From NCBI GenBank assembly GCA_035544015.1, contig DATKIP010000093.1, forward strand, positions 1,156 through 65,155: 64,000 nucleotides of DNA, in the 5' to 3' direction. The DNA comes from Candidatus Saccharimonadia bacterium (GTDB lineage: Bacteria; Patescibacteriota; Saccharimonadia; UBA4664). The position numbers were made by a program, and so were the translations under genes. How positions within the stretch are numbered: position 1 is the first letter of the stretch; every line of letters begins with the position of its first letter. This document shows, in pieces, positions 8,804 to 17,650 of the stretch. The notes under the pieces were generated by a model. That model made no database searches and was not told the DNA's origin. It saw nothing but the letters and a program-made list of their open reading frames with translations.

Positions 8804-10429
8804 ATGAAGCAGGCCTACCTCAAAGAACTCGCCAGCCGCCTCCTCGGCAGTGTCACCGATACCGCCGACGCCCTCGAGCATTTTTCCACCGACCAAAGCA
8901 TTTTTACGGCTACCCCCACAGCGGTCATTTATCCGCAAAACACCGCCGACGTGCGCAAAACCGTGCAATTTTCCGCCGAGCGCGCTGCCGCCGGCCGGCC
9001 CTTGCCGCTCGTGCCACGCGGCAAGGGCAGCGATCAGAGTGGGGGAGCAGTGGGGGAGGGCTTGCAGGTAGTGTTTCCCGCGCACCTGAACAAATTGCTG
9101 CGACTCGACCGCGACGCCGTTACCGTGCAGCCCGGCATTCTGTTTCAGACCATGCAGCAAACCCTCTACACCCACGGCCGGTTCGTGGCCCAGCAGCCGG
9201 CCGGCGCCGAATACTCCACGGTCGGCGGCCTTGTGGCCACCGGCTCGGCCGGGCAGTCCGCGGTCAAGTACGGCTCCCTGCGCGAGGCCGTGCGAGGCCT
9301 GAAGGTGGTGCTAGCCGACAGCTCGCTCATCGAGACCAGCCGCATCAGCGCCCGCGAGCTCAATCGTCGCAAGGGCTTCACCACCCTCGAAGGCGAAATC
9401 TACCGCCGTGTCGACAGCCTGCTGCTCGACGGCGCCGACCTCATCAAACGCCATCACCTCACCGGCGTGCCCAACACCGCCGGCTACGATCTCTGGTCGG
9501 TGCGCCGCCCCAATGGCTCGTTTGACCTCACGCCGCTGTTTATCGGCTCGCAGGGCACGCTCGGTATCATCACCGAAATCACGCTGGCCACGCTGCCCTA
9601 CGCTCCTCGCACCACGCTAGCCGTGGGCTTTTTCGCCACCGTGGCCGGCGCCGGCGAGGCCGTAGCCCGTCTGCGCAGCCTCGGCCCCTGCGCCATCGAG
9701 CTGGTCGACCGCCATGTGCTCGATTACTACCGCGAACTCCGCCCCGATGACCTCACTGGCCTCGTCCCCGACCCCACGCCGGCCATCACCCTGCTCGTCG
9801 AATTCGACAACCACTCGCAGCTGGCCCAAAAAATCCGTAGCACCCGCGCCGAGCGCATAATGCGCCGTCACGGTGCCACGGTGCGAATCTCGACCGACCC
9901 GGTCGAGCAAGTCGCGCTCTGGAAGATTCGCCGCAGCACCGTCGCCACCTGGCTGTCGCATGGTTCCAAGCACGCGCTGCCGTTTATCGAAGACGCCGCG
10001 GTGCCGGTGGAGAAGTTGCCCCAATTCATCGACAAAACCTACAAACTCCTGCGGCAGCACGACCTCGAGCCCGCGCTCTGGGGCCACGCCGGCAGCGGCA
10101 ACCTGCGCCTCCAGCCTCGTCTCGACCTCTCCAAGAAAAAAGACGTCGACAAACTCTTCACCCTCGCCCGCGAATACGCCGAACTCGTCATATCGCTCGG
10201 CGGCACGCCCTCGGCGTCCCATGGCGACAACCTGTTGCGCGCTACCTTCCTGCCCAAGCTCTATGGCGAAGAATTATACGAAATTTTGGCTTCAGTAAAG
10301 CATATATTCGACCCCCAAGATATCTTCAACCCAGCCCAGCTCACCGGCGCCACCGAAGACTACGCCCGCGCCCATCTGCGCACCCATTTCACCGCCAGTC
10401 AGCTGCACGATTACCACGTTTACACCTAG
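8804..10429 (+). CDS. FAD-binding oxidoreductase (FAD_binding_4 / GlcD-D-lactate dehydrogenase family)
   Basis: PCMH-type FAD-binding signature: PTAVIYPQNTADVRKTV...PLVPRGKGSDQSGGAVG. ATG at 8804 preceded by TAAGGAC; the track ORF begins at TTG 8777. Confidence 0.75.
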   Translation: MKQAYLKELASRLLGSVTDTADALEHFSTDQSIFTATPTAVIYPQNTADVRKTVQFSAERAAAGRPLPLVPRGKGSDQSGGAVGEGLQVVFPAHLNKLLRLDRDAVTVQPGILFQTMQQTLYTHGRFVAQQPAGAEYSTVGGLVATGSAGQSAVKYGSLREAVRGLKVVLADSSLIETSRISARELNRRKGFTTLEGEIYRRVDSLLLDGADLIKRHHLTGVPNTAGYDLWSVRRPNGSFDLTPLFIGSQGTLGIITEITLATLPYAPRTTLAVGFFATVAGAGEAVARLRSLGPCAIELVDRHVLDYYRELRPDDLTGLVPDPTPAITLLVEFDNHSQLAQKIRSTRAERIMRRHGATVRISTDPVEQVALWKIRRSTVATWLSHGSKHALPFIEDAAVPVEKLPQFIDKTYKLLRQHDLEPALWGHAGSGNLRLQPRLDLSKKKDVDKLFTLAREYAELVISLGGTPSASHGDNLLRATFLPKLYGEELYEILASVKHIFDPQDIFNPAQLTGATEDYARAHLRTHFTASQLHDYHVYT

Positions 10430-10457
10430 CTCGTATTAATCACAAGGAGACCCCGCC

Positions 10458-10802
10458 GTGCTCGTATCAAACTTACTCCGCCGTCACAAAACCCCCGCCC
10501 CCACCTTCGCCCCCGGTCTGTTTCTGGGCCTGCTCGTAGTCTTCACCCTGCTCGGCCAAAGCAAGCCGACCGTTGGCCTGGTAGGCATTGGCACCACGCT
10601 CATCGTCACGGGCACGCTCATCATCCTGAACCGCCAGCGCATCTGGGACGATTACCGCAAGGGCTATCGCAAAAGTAAAGGCCTCGCCGCCCTCTGGGCC
10701 AAACCCAACCCCGTGTATTACACCCTCAACGTGCTCTTTTTATGGCCGTTTATCGTCTTCTTGGGCATCGTTTGCCTGTGGGCCGCCTACATGCTAAGCT
10801 AA
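10458..10802 (+). CDS. small membrane protein, hypothetical
   Basis: 114 aa with three TM helices. GTG start preceded by AAGGAG (about 10444-10449). Confidence 0.5.
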   Translation: MLVSNLLRRHKTPAPTFAPGLFLGLLVVFTLLGQSKPTVGLVGIGTTLIVTGTLIILNRQRIWDDYRKGYRKSKGLAALWAKPNPVYYTLNVLFLWPFIVFLGIVCLWAAYMLS

Positions 10803-10822
10803 CGCAGTTACAACCCAGCTCT

Positions 10823-10906
10823 GCGCGAGTGGTGGAATGGTATACACACTAGTCTGAGGGACTAGCGCCGCAAGGCTTGGAGGTTCGACTCCTCTCTCGC
10901 GCACCA
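10823..10906 (+). tRNA. tRNA-Leu (anticodon GAG), class II
   Basis: Same acceptor (GCGCGAG/CTCGCGC) and D/T arms as the CAG isoacceptor. Anticodon stem CTAGT/ACTAG with loop CTGAGGG. Confidence 0.85.
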
Positions 10907-10983
10907 AGGTCTAATCCAATTTATTACAGATAGGAATGCTTCCGAATTTCGGGGTATTTTTATTTTTTGCCAAGTCCACTTAG

Positions 10984-12396
10984 CTACAGCTCGCTATTCG
11001 CGGGAGCTGTAGCTGCCTTATATTCACGGCGGCCGCCAGTAACTGCCACGATTACGCTAAACGTAGCCAGCGCTAGTACGAGCAAAAGCGCAAAACGATA
11101 CCGCCCCAGCCCAATGGCGGTGCTACTGGCAAACAAGGAAGCGACGACTGCCAGGATGATGCCGCTGCCAATCTGGAAAGCCGAGAGCACAATGCCCGAT
11201 GCTAAACCGTGCTCAGACTCACGCGTTTGGGCCAGCCCCTTGATGTTGATCGATGGAAAAGCCATCGCAAAACCTAATCCTATAAATAGCTGAAGGATAG
11301 CCACCAATACCAGGTTCGGAACAGAATCGAGCAGTATAAACCACGCAAAGCCAAGCGTTTGCAAGAGTAACCCGGCAATAATTAACGGTATCGTGCCAAT
11401 ACGGAAGCTAAGCTTGGCGAATTTGGTGGCGCTCAGTGCTACAATGCTGCCTCCAAACGCAAACGACAATGCCGACTGGAATGGCGACCAACCGAGTACG
11501 TTTTGCAAATATAGTACGGCCACAAATTGAAACGCCACGTAGTTGCCTTGCATCAGGAAGGCCAGCAGTGACGCGTAGCTCAGGCCTGGTCGCCGGAAGA
11601 TAGCTAGGGGTAGCAGCGGTGCAGCGGCACGCGTATGTTCGTGGTGCAAAAACAATCCGAGCAGCGCCAGTCCTGCGCCAAGCGGCCCAAGTGCGGCCAT
11701 CGAAATCCAGCCATAGCTGGCAGCCTGGGCAGCACCAAACACGATTAACAGCAGCGCAACCGTGCCCATAACCGAGCCCGGCAAGTCAAACCGCTTACTT
11801 TTTTGGCTTGGCTTGTCGCGCTCTAGAGCCAAGGCGCCAATAGCTACTACTACCAGGGCAATAGGTGCCGGCAAAAGCATTGTGTAACGCCAGCTGAGGT
11901 TGCCTACCAGCCCCCCAATAACCATGCCGAGCGCAAAGCCTGCCGCCCCGGTAGACGAAAATACACCCAAGGCATGGGTACGCTTAGCTGGCTCCTGATG
12001 CAGACCCAGTAGCAGCGACAGCGCCGCTGGGCCGGTAAAGCCGGCGCAGATGCCCTTGATAATGCGTGCCGCTATGAGCAGCCAAGGTTCGCTTGTCAGG
12101 CCGGCAACCAGGCTAGCCAAGGCAAACAACAACATGGAAAGCAAAAATACCCGCCGCCGTCCAAACAGATCCGCCACCCGGCCACCCAGAAGCAGGAATC
12201 CACCGTAGCCTAGGACGTAGCCAGATACAATCCATTGCAGGCTCTGAGCATCCATGCCCAAAGCGTGCTGAATTGCTGGTAGTACGACCGCAGTGCTTGA
12301 TATGTCCATGCCATCCAAAAACTGTGCAATACAAAGCAGCGCCAAAATGCCGCCGGTCGACAGTGCCAGCTGAGGCTTAGCCAGAACAGTACTCAT
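10984..12396 (-). CDS. MFS transporter, DHA2/EmrB-like drug:H+ antiporter (14 TM)
   Basis: The N-terminal region LDGMDISSTAVVLPAIQHALG...GRVADLFGRRRV shows typical MFS motifs. The second ATG at 12396 is preceded by GAGGGA; the first ATG is at 12411. Confidence 0.8.
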   Translation of the reverse strand: MSTVLAKPQLALSTGGILALLCIAQFLDGMDISSTAVVLPAIQHALGMDAQSLQWIVSGYVLGYGGFLLLGGRVADLFGRRRVFLLSMLLFALASLVAGLTSEPWLLIAARIIKGICAGFTGPAALSLLLGLHQEPAKRTHALGVFSSTGAAGFALGMVIGGLVGNLSWRYTMLLPAPIALVVVAIGALALERDKPSQKSKRFDLPGSVMGTVALLLIVFGAAQAASYGWISMAALGPLGAGLALLGLFLHHEHTRAAAPLLPLAIFRRPGLSYASLLAFLMQGNYVAFQFVAVLYLQNVLGWSPFQSALSFAFGGSIVALSATKFAKLSFRIGTIPLIIAGLLLQTLGFAWFILLDSVPNLVLVAILQLFIGLGFAMAFPSINIKGLAQTRESEHGLASGIVLSAFQIGSGIILAVVASLFASSTAIGLGRYRFALLLVLALATFSVIVAVTGGRREYKAATAPANSEL

Positions 12397-12507
12397 ACTT
12401 TTATCCCTCATTTACATTTTACCCACCTACATATACGCAAAAGCTCTCTTTATTGCAAGAACTGACTAGTTTGTTATATACTAACCAATTAGAGAGTCAT
12501 ATATTTA

Positions 12508-12870
12508 ATGAACAACCCTCAAAACTATAAGCCCGAGTACGCACTCGAATTAATCGGCGGCAAATGGAAGATGCCCATTTTATGGCGGCTCGACCGGCCC
12601 GAGCCCTGGCGCTACAGTGAGCTCAAGCGTGATCTGGGCAACGTTTCGCACAAAATGCTATCGCAGCAGCTCAAGGAACTAGAGCGCGACGGCTTTATCA
12701 CGCGCTACGCCTACCCTGTCGTGCCGCCCAGGGTCGAATATGCACTCACAGATAAAGGACGCTTGACCTTGCCTGCGCTCCAGGCGCTTTGTCAGCTCAA
12801 TGCAGCTTTGCAAGATAGAGAGTGTAACCCTATAGTCATCGCGCCTTCCGGTGAGGTTGTCCTCGGTTAA
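12508..12870 (+). CDS. HxlR-family transcriptional regulator (divergent from the MFS pump)
   Basis: The wHTH region CP/ELIGGKWKMPILWRL...YSELKRDLGNVSHKMLSQQLKELERDGFITR is diagnostic for HxlR. Confidence 0.8.
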   Translation: MNNPQNYKPEYALELIGGKWKMPILWRLDRPEPWRYSELKRDLGNVSHKMLSQQLKELERDGFITRYAYPVVPPRVEYALTDKGRLTLPALQALCQLNAALQDRECNPIVIAPSGEVVLG

Positions 12871-13020
12871 TGCAAGGCCTGTCGCACGTCTTCTCCGAAG
12901 GCTTGGAGAAGTTGGGTATCTGGCCGGATGGCGTTTGCTTCAATAGACATCAATCTTTCAAAAGTAAAGCCCAAATCCGTCATTTTACGGCAGAACAATG
13001 TCAAACTTGCCTCTATCGAG

Positions 13021-13048
13021 TTCCACCTAACGTCGCATTGGCGCACCA
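13021..13048. repeat. intergenic repeat family, copy 1 (TTCCACCTAACGTCGCATTGGCGCACCA)
   Basis: The same 27-30 nt also occurs at about 13691-13720 and 14467-14496, with a degenerate copy at about 50548-50570. It is followed by an ACAGATAGGAA module and a hairpin/T-run. Confidence 0.6.
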
Positions 13049-13145
13049 TTTTTGAATAACAGATAGGAAGGCTCTCAAGATGCGAGGCCTTTTTATTTTG
13101 AATCGCATTTCTAATCTGTTGCATTGGTTTGATATACTTTAAAAA

Positions 13146-13640
13146 ATGCAAAGAATACTCATTGTTGGCGTCAGCGGGACCGGCAAGACACGGCTGGCTC
13201 GGCGCATGTCTATCAAGCTGCACATCCGGGCAGTTTTACTCGACACGATATTTTGGAAAGAGAACTGGCAAGAAGAAGATCCAAAGGTTGTCGAGTCAAA
13301 AATCCGCCGCGTTATTCAAAAGGATACATGGATTATCGAAGGCTACATTGAGCCATTGGGTGCTGAGCGGGTTAAAAGAGCGGGCAAAGTAATTTACTTG
13401 GATTATCCAGGTTATATTGCATTTTGGGGAGGCCTGAGGCGTTGGCGTGAATTTCGGGGCAAGACGCGCCCTGAAATGCCTGCGGGAAATATTGAAGCGT
13501 TTGGCTGGAAGTTCCTTATGACGCTACTTAGGCGTGACGAGCGACCGGAAATAGAGGCAGCCGTACGAGGGCACGAAGACAAAGTTATCCGCCTAAAATC
13601 TTGGCGGGCAACAGAGGCCTATCTTAATCAGGTGGCTTGA
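13146..13640 (+). CDS. P-loop NTPase, AAA/adenylate-kinase-like (topology-modulation protein family)
   Basis: Walker A IVGVSGTGKTRLARR at the N-terminus, 164 aa. Confidence 0.65.
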   Translation: MQRILIVGVSGTGKTRLARRMSIKLHIRAVLLDTIFWKENWQEEDPKVVESKIRRVIQKDTWIIEGYIEPLGAERVKRAGKVIYLDYPGYIAFWGGLRRWREFRGKTRPEMPAGNIEAFGWKFLMTLLRRDERPEIEAAVRGHEDKVIRLKSWRATEAYLNQVA

Positions 13641-13690
13641 AGTCGAGATCCTTTAATTTTGATACAGCAACAAAATACTGGGCTCAATCT

Positions 13691-13740
13691 GGTTCCACCT
13701 AACGTCGCACTGGCGCACCATGGTCTGATCCAATTTATTC
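13691..13740. repeat. intergenic repeat copy 2 plus a 27-nt near-identical copy of the tRNA-Leu 3' end and flank (GCGCACCA-TGGTCTGATCCAATTTATT)
   Basis: GCGCACCAAGGTCTGATCCAATTTATT at 2997-3023 (tRNA-Leu-CAG 3' end plus flank) reappears here with one mismatch. A similar string follows tRNA-Leu-GAG at 10899-10925. Confidence 0.6.
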
Positions 13741-13820
13741 TTTTTGTAGTAATTCCATATCTGTTTTTTTTGGTAAAAGAACTCTTAGCTTCGCTTAGGT
13801 AGTTTGATAATACTCATCTT

Positions 13821-13878
13821 GGTACCGATGTAGCGAGAAATTGACATTCTCGTACCATTTTGATACCATTTTGGTACT
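13821..13878 (+). promoter_or_regulatory. putative promoter/operator of the toxin-antitoxin operon
   Basis: TTGACA (about 13841-13846), 17 nt spacer, TACCAT, then ATG 9 nt later. Overlapping tandem direct repeats TACCATTTTGATAC / TACCATTTTGGTAC and a third GGTACC upstream look like an antitoxin operator. Confidence 0.4.
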
Positions 13879-14157
13879 ATGACTACCAAGTTACAAATCC
13901 CGATCGATCAAGACGTTCGCGAAGGCTTTGAGCGCCGCGCACACAGCTTAGGCTTTGATTCTGCTCAAGCCTATCTCCGCGTGTGGATGAAGGCCGAAGC
14001 CGATGGGCGCAAGCTCGACTTTGATGGCAAAGCCGTGGTACTCAGTCCCGAAGCCAATGCCCGCTACGAGCAAATGATCGTTGATCTCGACGAAGAAAAA
14101 AAGTCAGGTAAGGCCAAGGAATTTACCTCTGTGGAAGACTTTATGAAAGACCTGTAG
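13879..14157 (+). CDS. putative antitoxin of a type II TA pair
   Basis: 92 aa acidic protein immediately upstream of a RelE-family toxin, with a 3-nt gap. Confidence 0.55.
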   Translation: MTTKLQIPIDQDVREGFERRAHSLGFDSAQAYLRVWMKAEADGRKLDFDGKAVVLSPEANARYEQMIVDLDEEKKSGKAKEFTSVEDFMKDL

Positions 14158-14160
14158 GGC

Positions 14161-14427
14161 GTGAAGCCTATACGCCGCCACCGTAAGTTTGAAAAGAACT
14201 TTCAAAGTCGCATTTCCCCGAATCCAAAGCTCAGAAAGCAATTCATAGCACGTTTAGAGTTATTCAAGGAGGGTGTTCGCGATTATCCCTTGGATGACCA
14301 TCCACTTGCCGGGACGATGAAAGGGTTGCGTGCGTTTTCAATTGGCGGCGATTTGCGGGTCGTGTATCGAGAGACCGAAGAGCATTATGAATTTCTCGAC
14401 GTCGGCTCGCATAATCAGGTATATTGA
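14161..14427 (+). CDS. type II toxin, RelE/YafQ (ParE/RelE superfamily) mRNA interferase
   Basis: 88 aa with the characteristic pattern DYPLDDHPLAG...GLRAFSIGGDLRVVYRE...F-DVGSHNQVY. Confidence 0.7.
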   Translation: MKPIRRHRKFEKNFQSRISPNPKLRKQFIARLELFKEGVRDYPLDDHPLAGTMKGLRAFSIGGDLRVVYRETEEHYEFLDVGSHNQVY

Positions 14428-14466
14428 GTAGCTTCTTGTAGGGCAGCAAAAATGCTGTCGTAAATG

Positions 14467-14496
14467 GTGTTCCACCTAACGTCGCATTGGTGCACC
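14467..14496. repeat. intergenic repeat copy 3 (GTGTTCCACCTAACGTCGCATTGGTGCACC)
   Basis: Followed by ATTATTACAGATAAGAAAG and a hairpin CGCCCCAGGAATGGGCGC plus T-run. A related module follows tRNA-Val. Confidence 0.55.
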
Positions 14497-14583
14497 GAGA
14501 GATTATTACAGATAAGAAAGCGCCCCAGGAATGGGCGCTTTTTTGTTTGATCTAAATTTCGCATCTGCTGCTATGATGAAAGC

Positions 14584-15114
14584 ATGACTGAAGATTTTAC
14601 AGACTTGCTAGCGGTTGGCGGTAAAGCAAACTCACTTGGCAAAGTGAACGAAGTTATAGCGCTTGTACTAAACGACCGAAACCGACTCGATGAATTGTAT
14701 AGTCGTCTATTCAATGAAGACGCATGGATACGCATGCGCGCTGCAGATGCGCTCGAAAAAATCTGCCGCCAGCACCCCGACTGGCTCCTGCCGTATATAG
14801 ACAAATTCGCCAGCGACCTAGCTACCAGTAGCCAACCGTCCATTCAATGGCATCTGGCGCAGATCTATCGTGCAGTTGACCTAACGACTGAGCAGAAACA
14901 CTTCGCCATAAACTGGCTTAAGCATTTACTTGCTACCAAAGATGTCGACTGGATCGTTGCAGCAAATGCCATGGATACATTGGCTCAATTTACCAAAGAC
15001 GGTTCTTGTTCCGTGGCCGATATCGTTCCATTGCTTAAGATTCAGCAAAACCATAAATCGAACGCGGTCATTAAGCGTGCCAACAAACTAATTACGGAGC
15101 TGCCAGCGAAATAG
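14584..15114 (+). CDS. hypothetical alpha-helical (HEAT-like / DNA-alkylation-repair-like) protein
   Basis: 176 aa, helical repeat character. Weak recollection of the AlkD-like family. Confidence 0.45.
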   Translation: MTEDFTDLLAVGGKANSLGKVNEVIALVLNDRNRLDELYSRLFNEDAWIRMRAADALEKICRQHPDWLLPYIDKFASDLATSSQPSIQWHLAQIYRAVDLTTEQKHFAINWLKHLLATKDVDWIVAANAMDTLAQFTKDGSCSVADIVPLLKIQQNHKSNAVIKRANKLITELPAK

Positions 15115-15120
15115 TTTGGG

Positions 15121-16191
15121 CTACCCGGCTAATAACGGGAGCTCGTTGCCCTTCTTGTCCACGATAATTTTATCAAAGCGCTCCTCTTTACCGTCCACGA
15201 TAACTACGCCGCCGGCGGCCGCATCGCGCTTGATTTGGATAACGCGGCCCAAACTATCCGGCGCCGGCTCCCGGTGATCTGCCAGAAACCGCTCCAGCAC
15301 CGGCAATCGGTGGGCCTTCTTCGCCTCTGCCGATGCCGCGTCTGCTTGGCTTAGAGCTCCCGGTTGGCCGCATTCGGCGTATCCACCCGTGAGCGAAGAT
15401 ACGCCCAAGACTACCTCAGCGGACGGGCTGGTGGTGTCCGCCCCGCAAAACATTATTGTCCCAAATTCAACACCAGCCCGGTTCACGAATACTTCGGCCA
15501 ACGGCGCCATGACCAAGGCCGGTTCGCCCTCTGCGTTCGTACCGGTATAGGTGACCTGCGTGTTTGGCAGAGCCCAGGCAAATTCGTCGCCGCCCTGGCG
15601 AAACCCCCCTCTGTCTGGCGGGATCAGCTGCTTGCGACCACGTCCGGCCGGCTCCCCAGTTGCTGGTGCGGCGCCAACTGGTTCGCAATGCTCGTTGCAC
15701 CATTTGGCTGCTCTCCTGAGCGAGTCGCCCGCCCGCTCCAGGAGGCTATCTCCGACGGTATGGCCCTCAATATTGTTCGGCAACGTCAGGTTGCCGAGAT
15801 CAAAGACACACACTGCCATCCCTGCACCTTCTGGGCTCTCGAACCGAGCTCTCGCCCCCGCAAAGGCATGCGGATTTCCCAGCCCGGTAAGCTTGTCTAC
15901 CTCGGCTTTTTTTCGCAGATCCTCAGAGTGCTGATCCGCGTCCCCAGTATCTTTCATGATGGCAGTGGTTAGTTGAGCGACGTAATCATTTAGATCTGCA
16001 ATCTCCACCTTTGCTGAGGCAAGCAATTCCTTAAGCTCATCGGCAGTGAGTTCTCGTTCAGGAGCCTTTAGCTCACCGTGTTCGGCGGCTGCGGGCGCGG
16101 GTAGATCAAGGCCAGTAGACCACCCCTCAGCTCCCCGGCTAGACGAAAATGATTCGTCCGGTGGCCGGGACAATGATTCAGATTCAATCAT
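15121..16191 (-). CDS. GGDEF-domain protein (putative diguanylate cyclase, with insertion)
   Basis: DKLTGLGNPHAF and QGGDEFA motifs. Weak SD (AAGG) before the ATG at 16191. Confidence 0.55.
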   Translation of the reverse strand: MIESESLSRPPDESFSSSRGAEGWSTGLDLPAPAAAEHGELKAPERELTADELKELLASAKVEIADLNDYVAQLTTAIMKDTGDADQHSEDLRKKAEVDKLTGLGNPHAFAGARARFESPEGAGMAVCVFDLGNLTLPNNIEGHTVGDSLLERAGDSLRRAAKWCNEHCEPVGAAPATGEPAGRGRKQLIPPDRGGFRQGGDEFAWALPNTQVTYTGTNAEGEPALVMAPLAEVFVNRAGVEFGTIMFCGADTTSPSAEVVLGVSSLTGGYAECGQPGALSQADAASAEAKKAHRLPVLERFLADHREPAPDSLGRVIQIKRDAAAGGVVIVDGKEERFDKIIVDKKGNELPLLAG

Positions 16192-16333
16192 AATAACCTT
16201 AAATACCGTAAAGCATCATAGCATTTTATATAGCTCGACTTTTGAGCATAGTGGCGCATTTTAGCTTGAGTTCGCCCTAATCTGGAACAAGGCAATTGAA
16301 CTACCGTAGCGAAAGCGCTATGGTGACATCACT

Positions 16334-16990
16334 ATGACTGCCTCCCTCACATCGGCACGCAGGCGCAGCAACGGCTTCACGCTGGTCGAACTCGTGATCG
16401 TGATTGCCATTTCCGGGAGCCTGTTGCTCATCGCCTTTCTCGGCCAGGGCCAGTTGCGCAACCAGGCGCGTTTCGATTCTAGTATCAATAAGGTGATGCA
16501 AGATATCGCCTACGCTCGCAATTTTTCCCTAGCCAACGTGAATGAGTACGGCCTCGGCAATAACCGCACGTCGCAGCTCGCCGGCGCCGTGCTCGAATTC
16601 GACAACAACCACCCCGACAACAAGCTCACCGAACTCGAACCCGTTTACGCCAACACTGATCCCGCTACGGGCGCTATCTCCCACTCCAATCTACCCGCCT
16701 CCGGCAGCTGCCCGGCCATGGCCGACAACGAATGTTTCGAAATCTTTTTCAACTCGCCCGACCCACTGCAGCTCACCACCGCCACCGCCGGCGAGATAGC
16801 CTTCCTCAATACCGACGCCGGCCTTACCGTGTGCAGCCACCTGGGCGGCGGCTTTATGACCATCGACACCATGTGCTCGTCGGCCAACCCGGCCTTTGGC
16901 CACCCCATCAATGTCGTGCTGCGCGGCCTCACCGGCCTCACCGCCACCATCCAGATCGACCCCAACACTGGCCTCGCCAAGCGGCTCTAA
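16334..16990 (+). CDS. type IV pilin / pseudopilin (prepilin N-terminal methylation motif)
   Basis: The N-terminus ...RRRSNG|FTLVELVIVIAISGSLLLIAF is the canonical class III signal (G-FTLVE). Confidence 0.75.
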   Translation: MTASLTSARRRSNGFTLVELVIVIAISGSLLLIAFLGQGQLRNQARFDSSINKVMQDIAYARNFSLANVNEYGLGNNRTSQLAGAVLEFDNNHPDNKLTELEPVYANTDPATGAISHSNLPASGSCPAMADNECFEIFFNSPDPLQLTTATAGEIAFLNTDAGLTVCSHLGGGFMTIDTMCSSANPAFGHPINVVLRGLTGLTATIQIDPNTGLAKRL

Positions 16991-17052
16991 GCGAGCGCCG
17001 GGCTCCGCGCGGCTTGCCGCCCGCCCCGCATTTGCGTATAATTTCGGGGCTT

Positions 17053-17129
17053 GGGCAATTAGCTCAGTTGGTTAGAGCACCTCGTTTACACCGAGGGGGT
17101 CAAAGGTTCGAGTCCTTTATTGCCCACCA
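17053..17129 (+). tRNA. tRNA-Val (anticodon TAC)
   Basis: GGGCAAT/ATTGCCC acceptor, anticodon stem CCTCG/CGAGG with loop TTTACAC, T-loop TTCGAGT, CCA encoded. Anchored via the track ORF ending at 17136. Confidence 0.85.
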
Positions 17130-17276
17130 GTCTTAATCTGCGCTCAAAAAGTGTTCCAGAAATGGGTGCTTTTTGTTTTATCCCAAATTTACGCCGGCAC
17201 AGCAAAAACGACTACTCGGAAGCAAGCCCTAACTTGTGGCTCCAGCCTACTGGATGGGGGTCCGATTCATAATACC

Positions 17277-17303
17277 TTGACAGTCATAGTAATGTGATAT
17301 ACA
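17277..17303 (+). promoter_or_regulatory. putative sigma70-like promoter for the leaderless padR transcript
   Basis: TTGACA, roughly 15-17 nt, TGtGATATAC (extended -10-like), ending about 8 nt before ATG 17312. Confidence 0.3.
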
Positions 17304-17311
17304 CTGCTCTC

Positions 17312-17641
17312 ATGACAGATAAAAAAATCTCATCAGATCTGCTCCGCGGACACACCGACACTATCATCCTCAAGCTGTTGATGGGTGGCGACAAATATGG
17401 CTACGAAATCACCAAACTCGTGCACGAATATTCAAATCAACTCTATGAGCTGAAAGAGGCTACCATGTATTCAAGCCTCAAGCGCCTCGAAAATGACGCC
17501 CACATCACCTCCTACTGGGGCGATGAGACGCAAGGCGGCCGGCGAAAATACTACCGCATCACCGGCAGCGGCCACGAGCTCTACCAAGCCAACCGGCGAA
17601 ACTGGGATTATGCCAAACAAATTCTTGATAAGTTATTGTAA
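17312..17641 (+). CDS. PadR-family transcriptional regulator
   Basis: DLLRGHTDTIILKLLMGGDKYGYEI...MYSSLKRLE...GGRRKYYRITGSG. The track ORF starts at GTG 17294; ATG 17312 fits leaderless architecture. Confidence 0.75.
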   Translation: MTDKKISSDLLRGHTDTIILKLLMGGDKYGYEITKLVHEYSNQLYELKEATMYSSLKRLENDAHITSYWGDETQGGRRKYYRITGSGHELYQANRRNWDYAKQILDKLL

Positions 17642-17650
17642 GAAGGAATC

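Noticed and set aside
12867-13223. 118-aa minus-strand ORF
   Set aside because: Lies across the intergenic repeat and terminator module and overlaps the start of the P-loop NTPase gene.
13691-13720. Possibility that the GCGCACCA-ending repeats are tRNA 3' halves or pseudo-tRNAs
   Set aside because: The upstream sequence (TTCCACCTAACGTCGCA) cannot form a T-arm plus acceptor in register. Only the terminal GCGCACCA and downstream flank match the tRNA-Leu genes, so they are treated as repeats or att-like scars.
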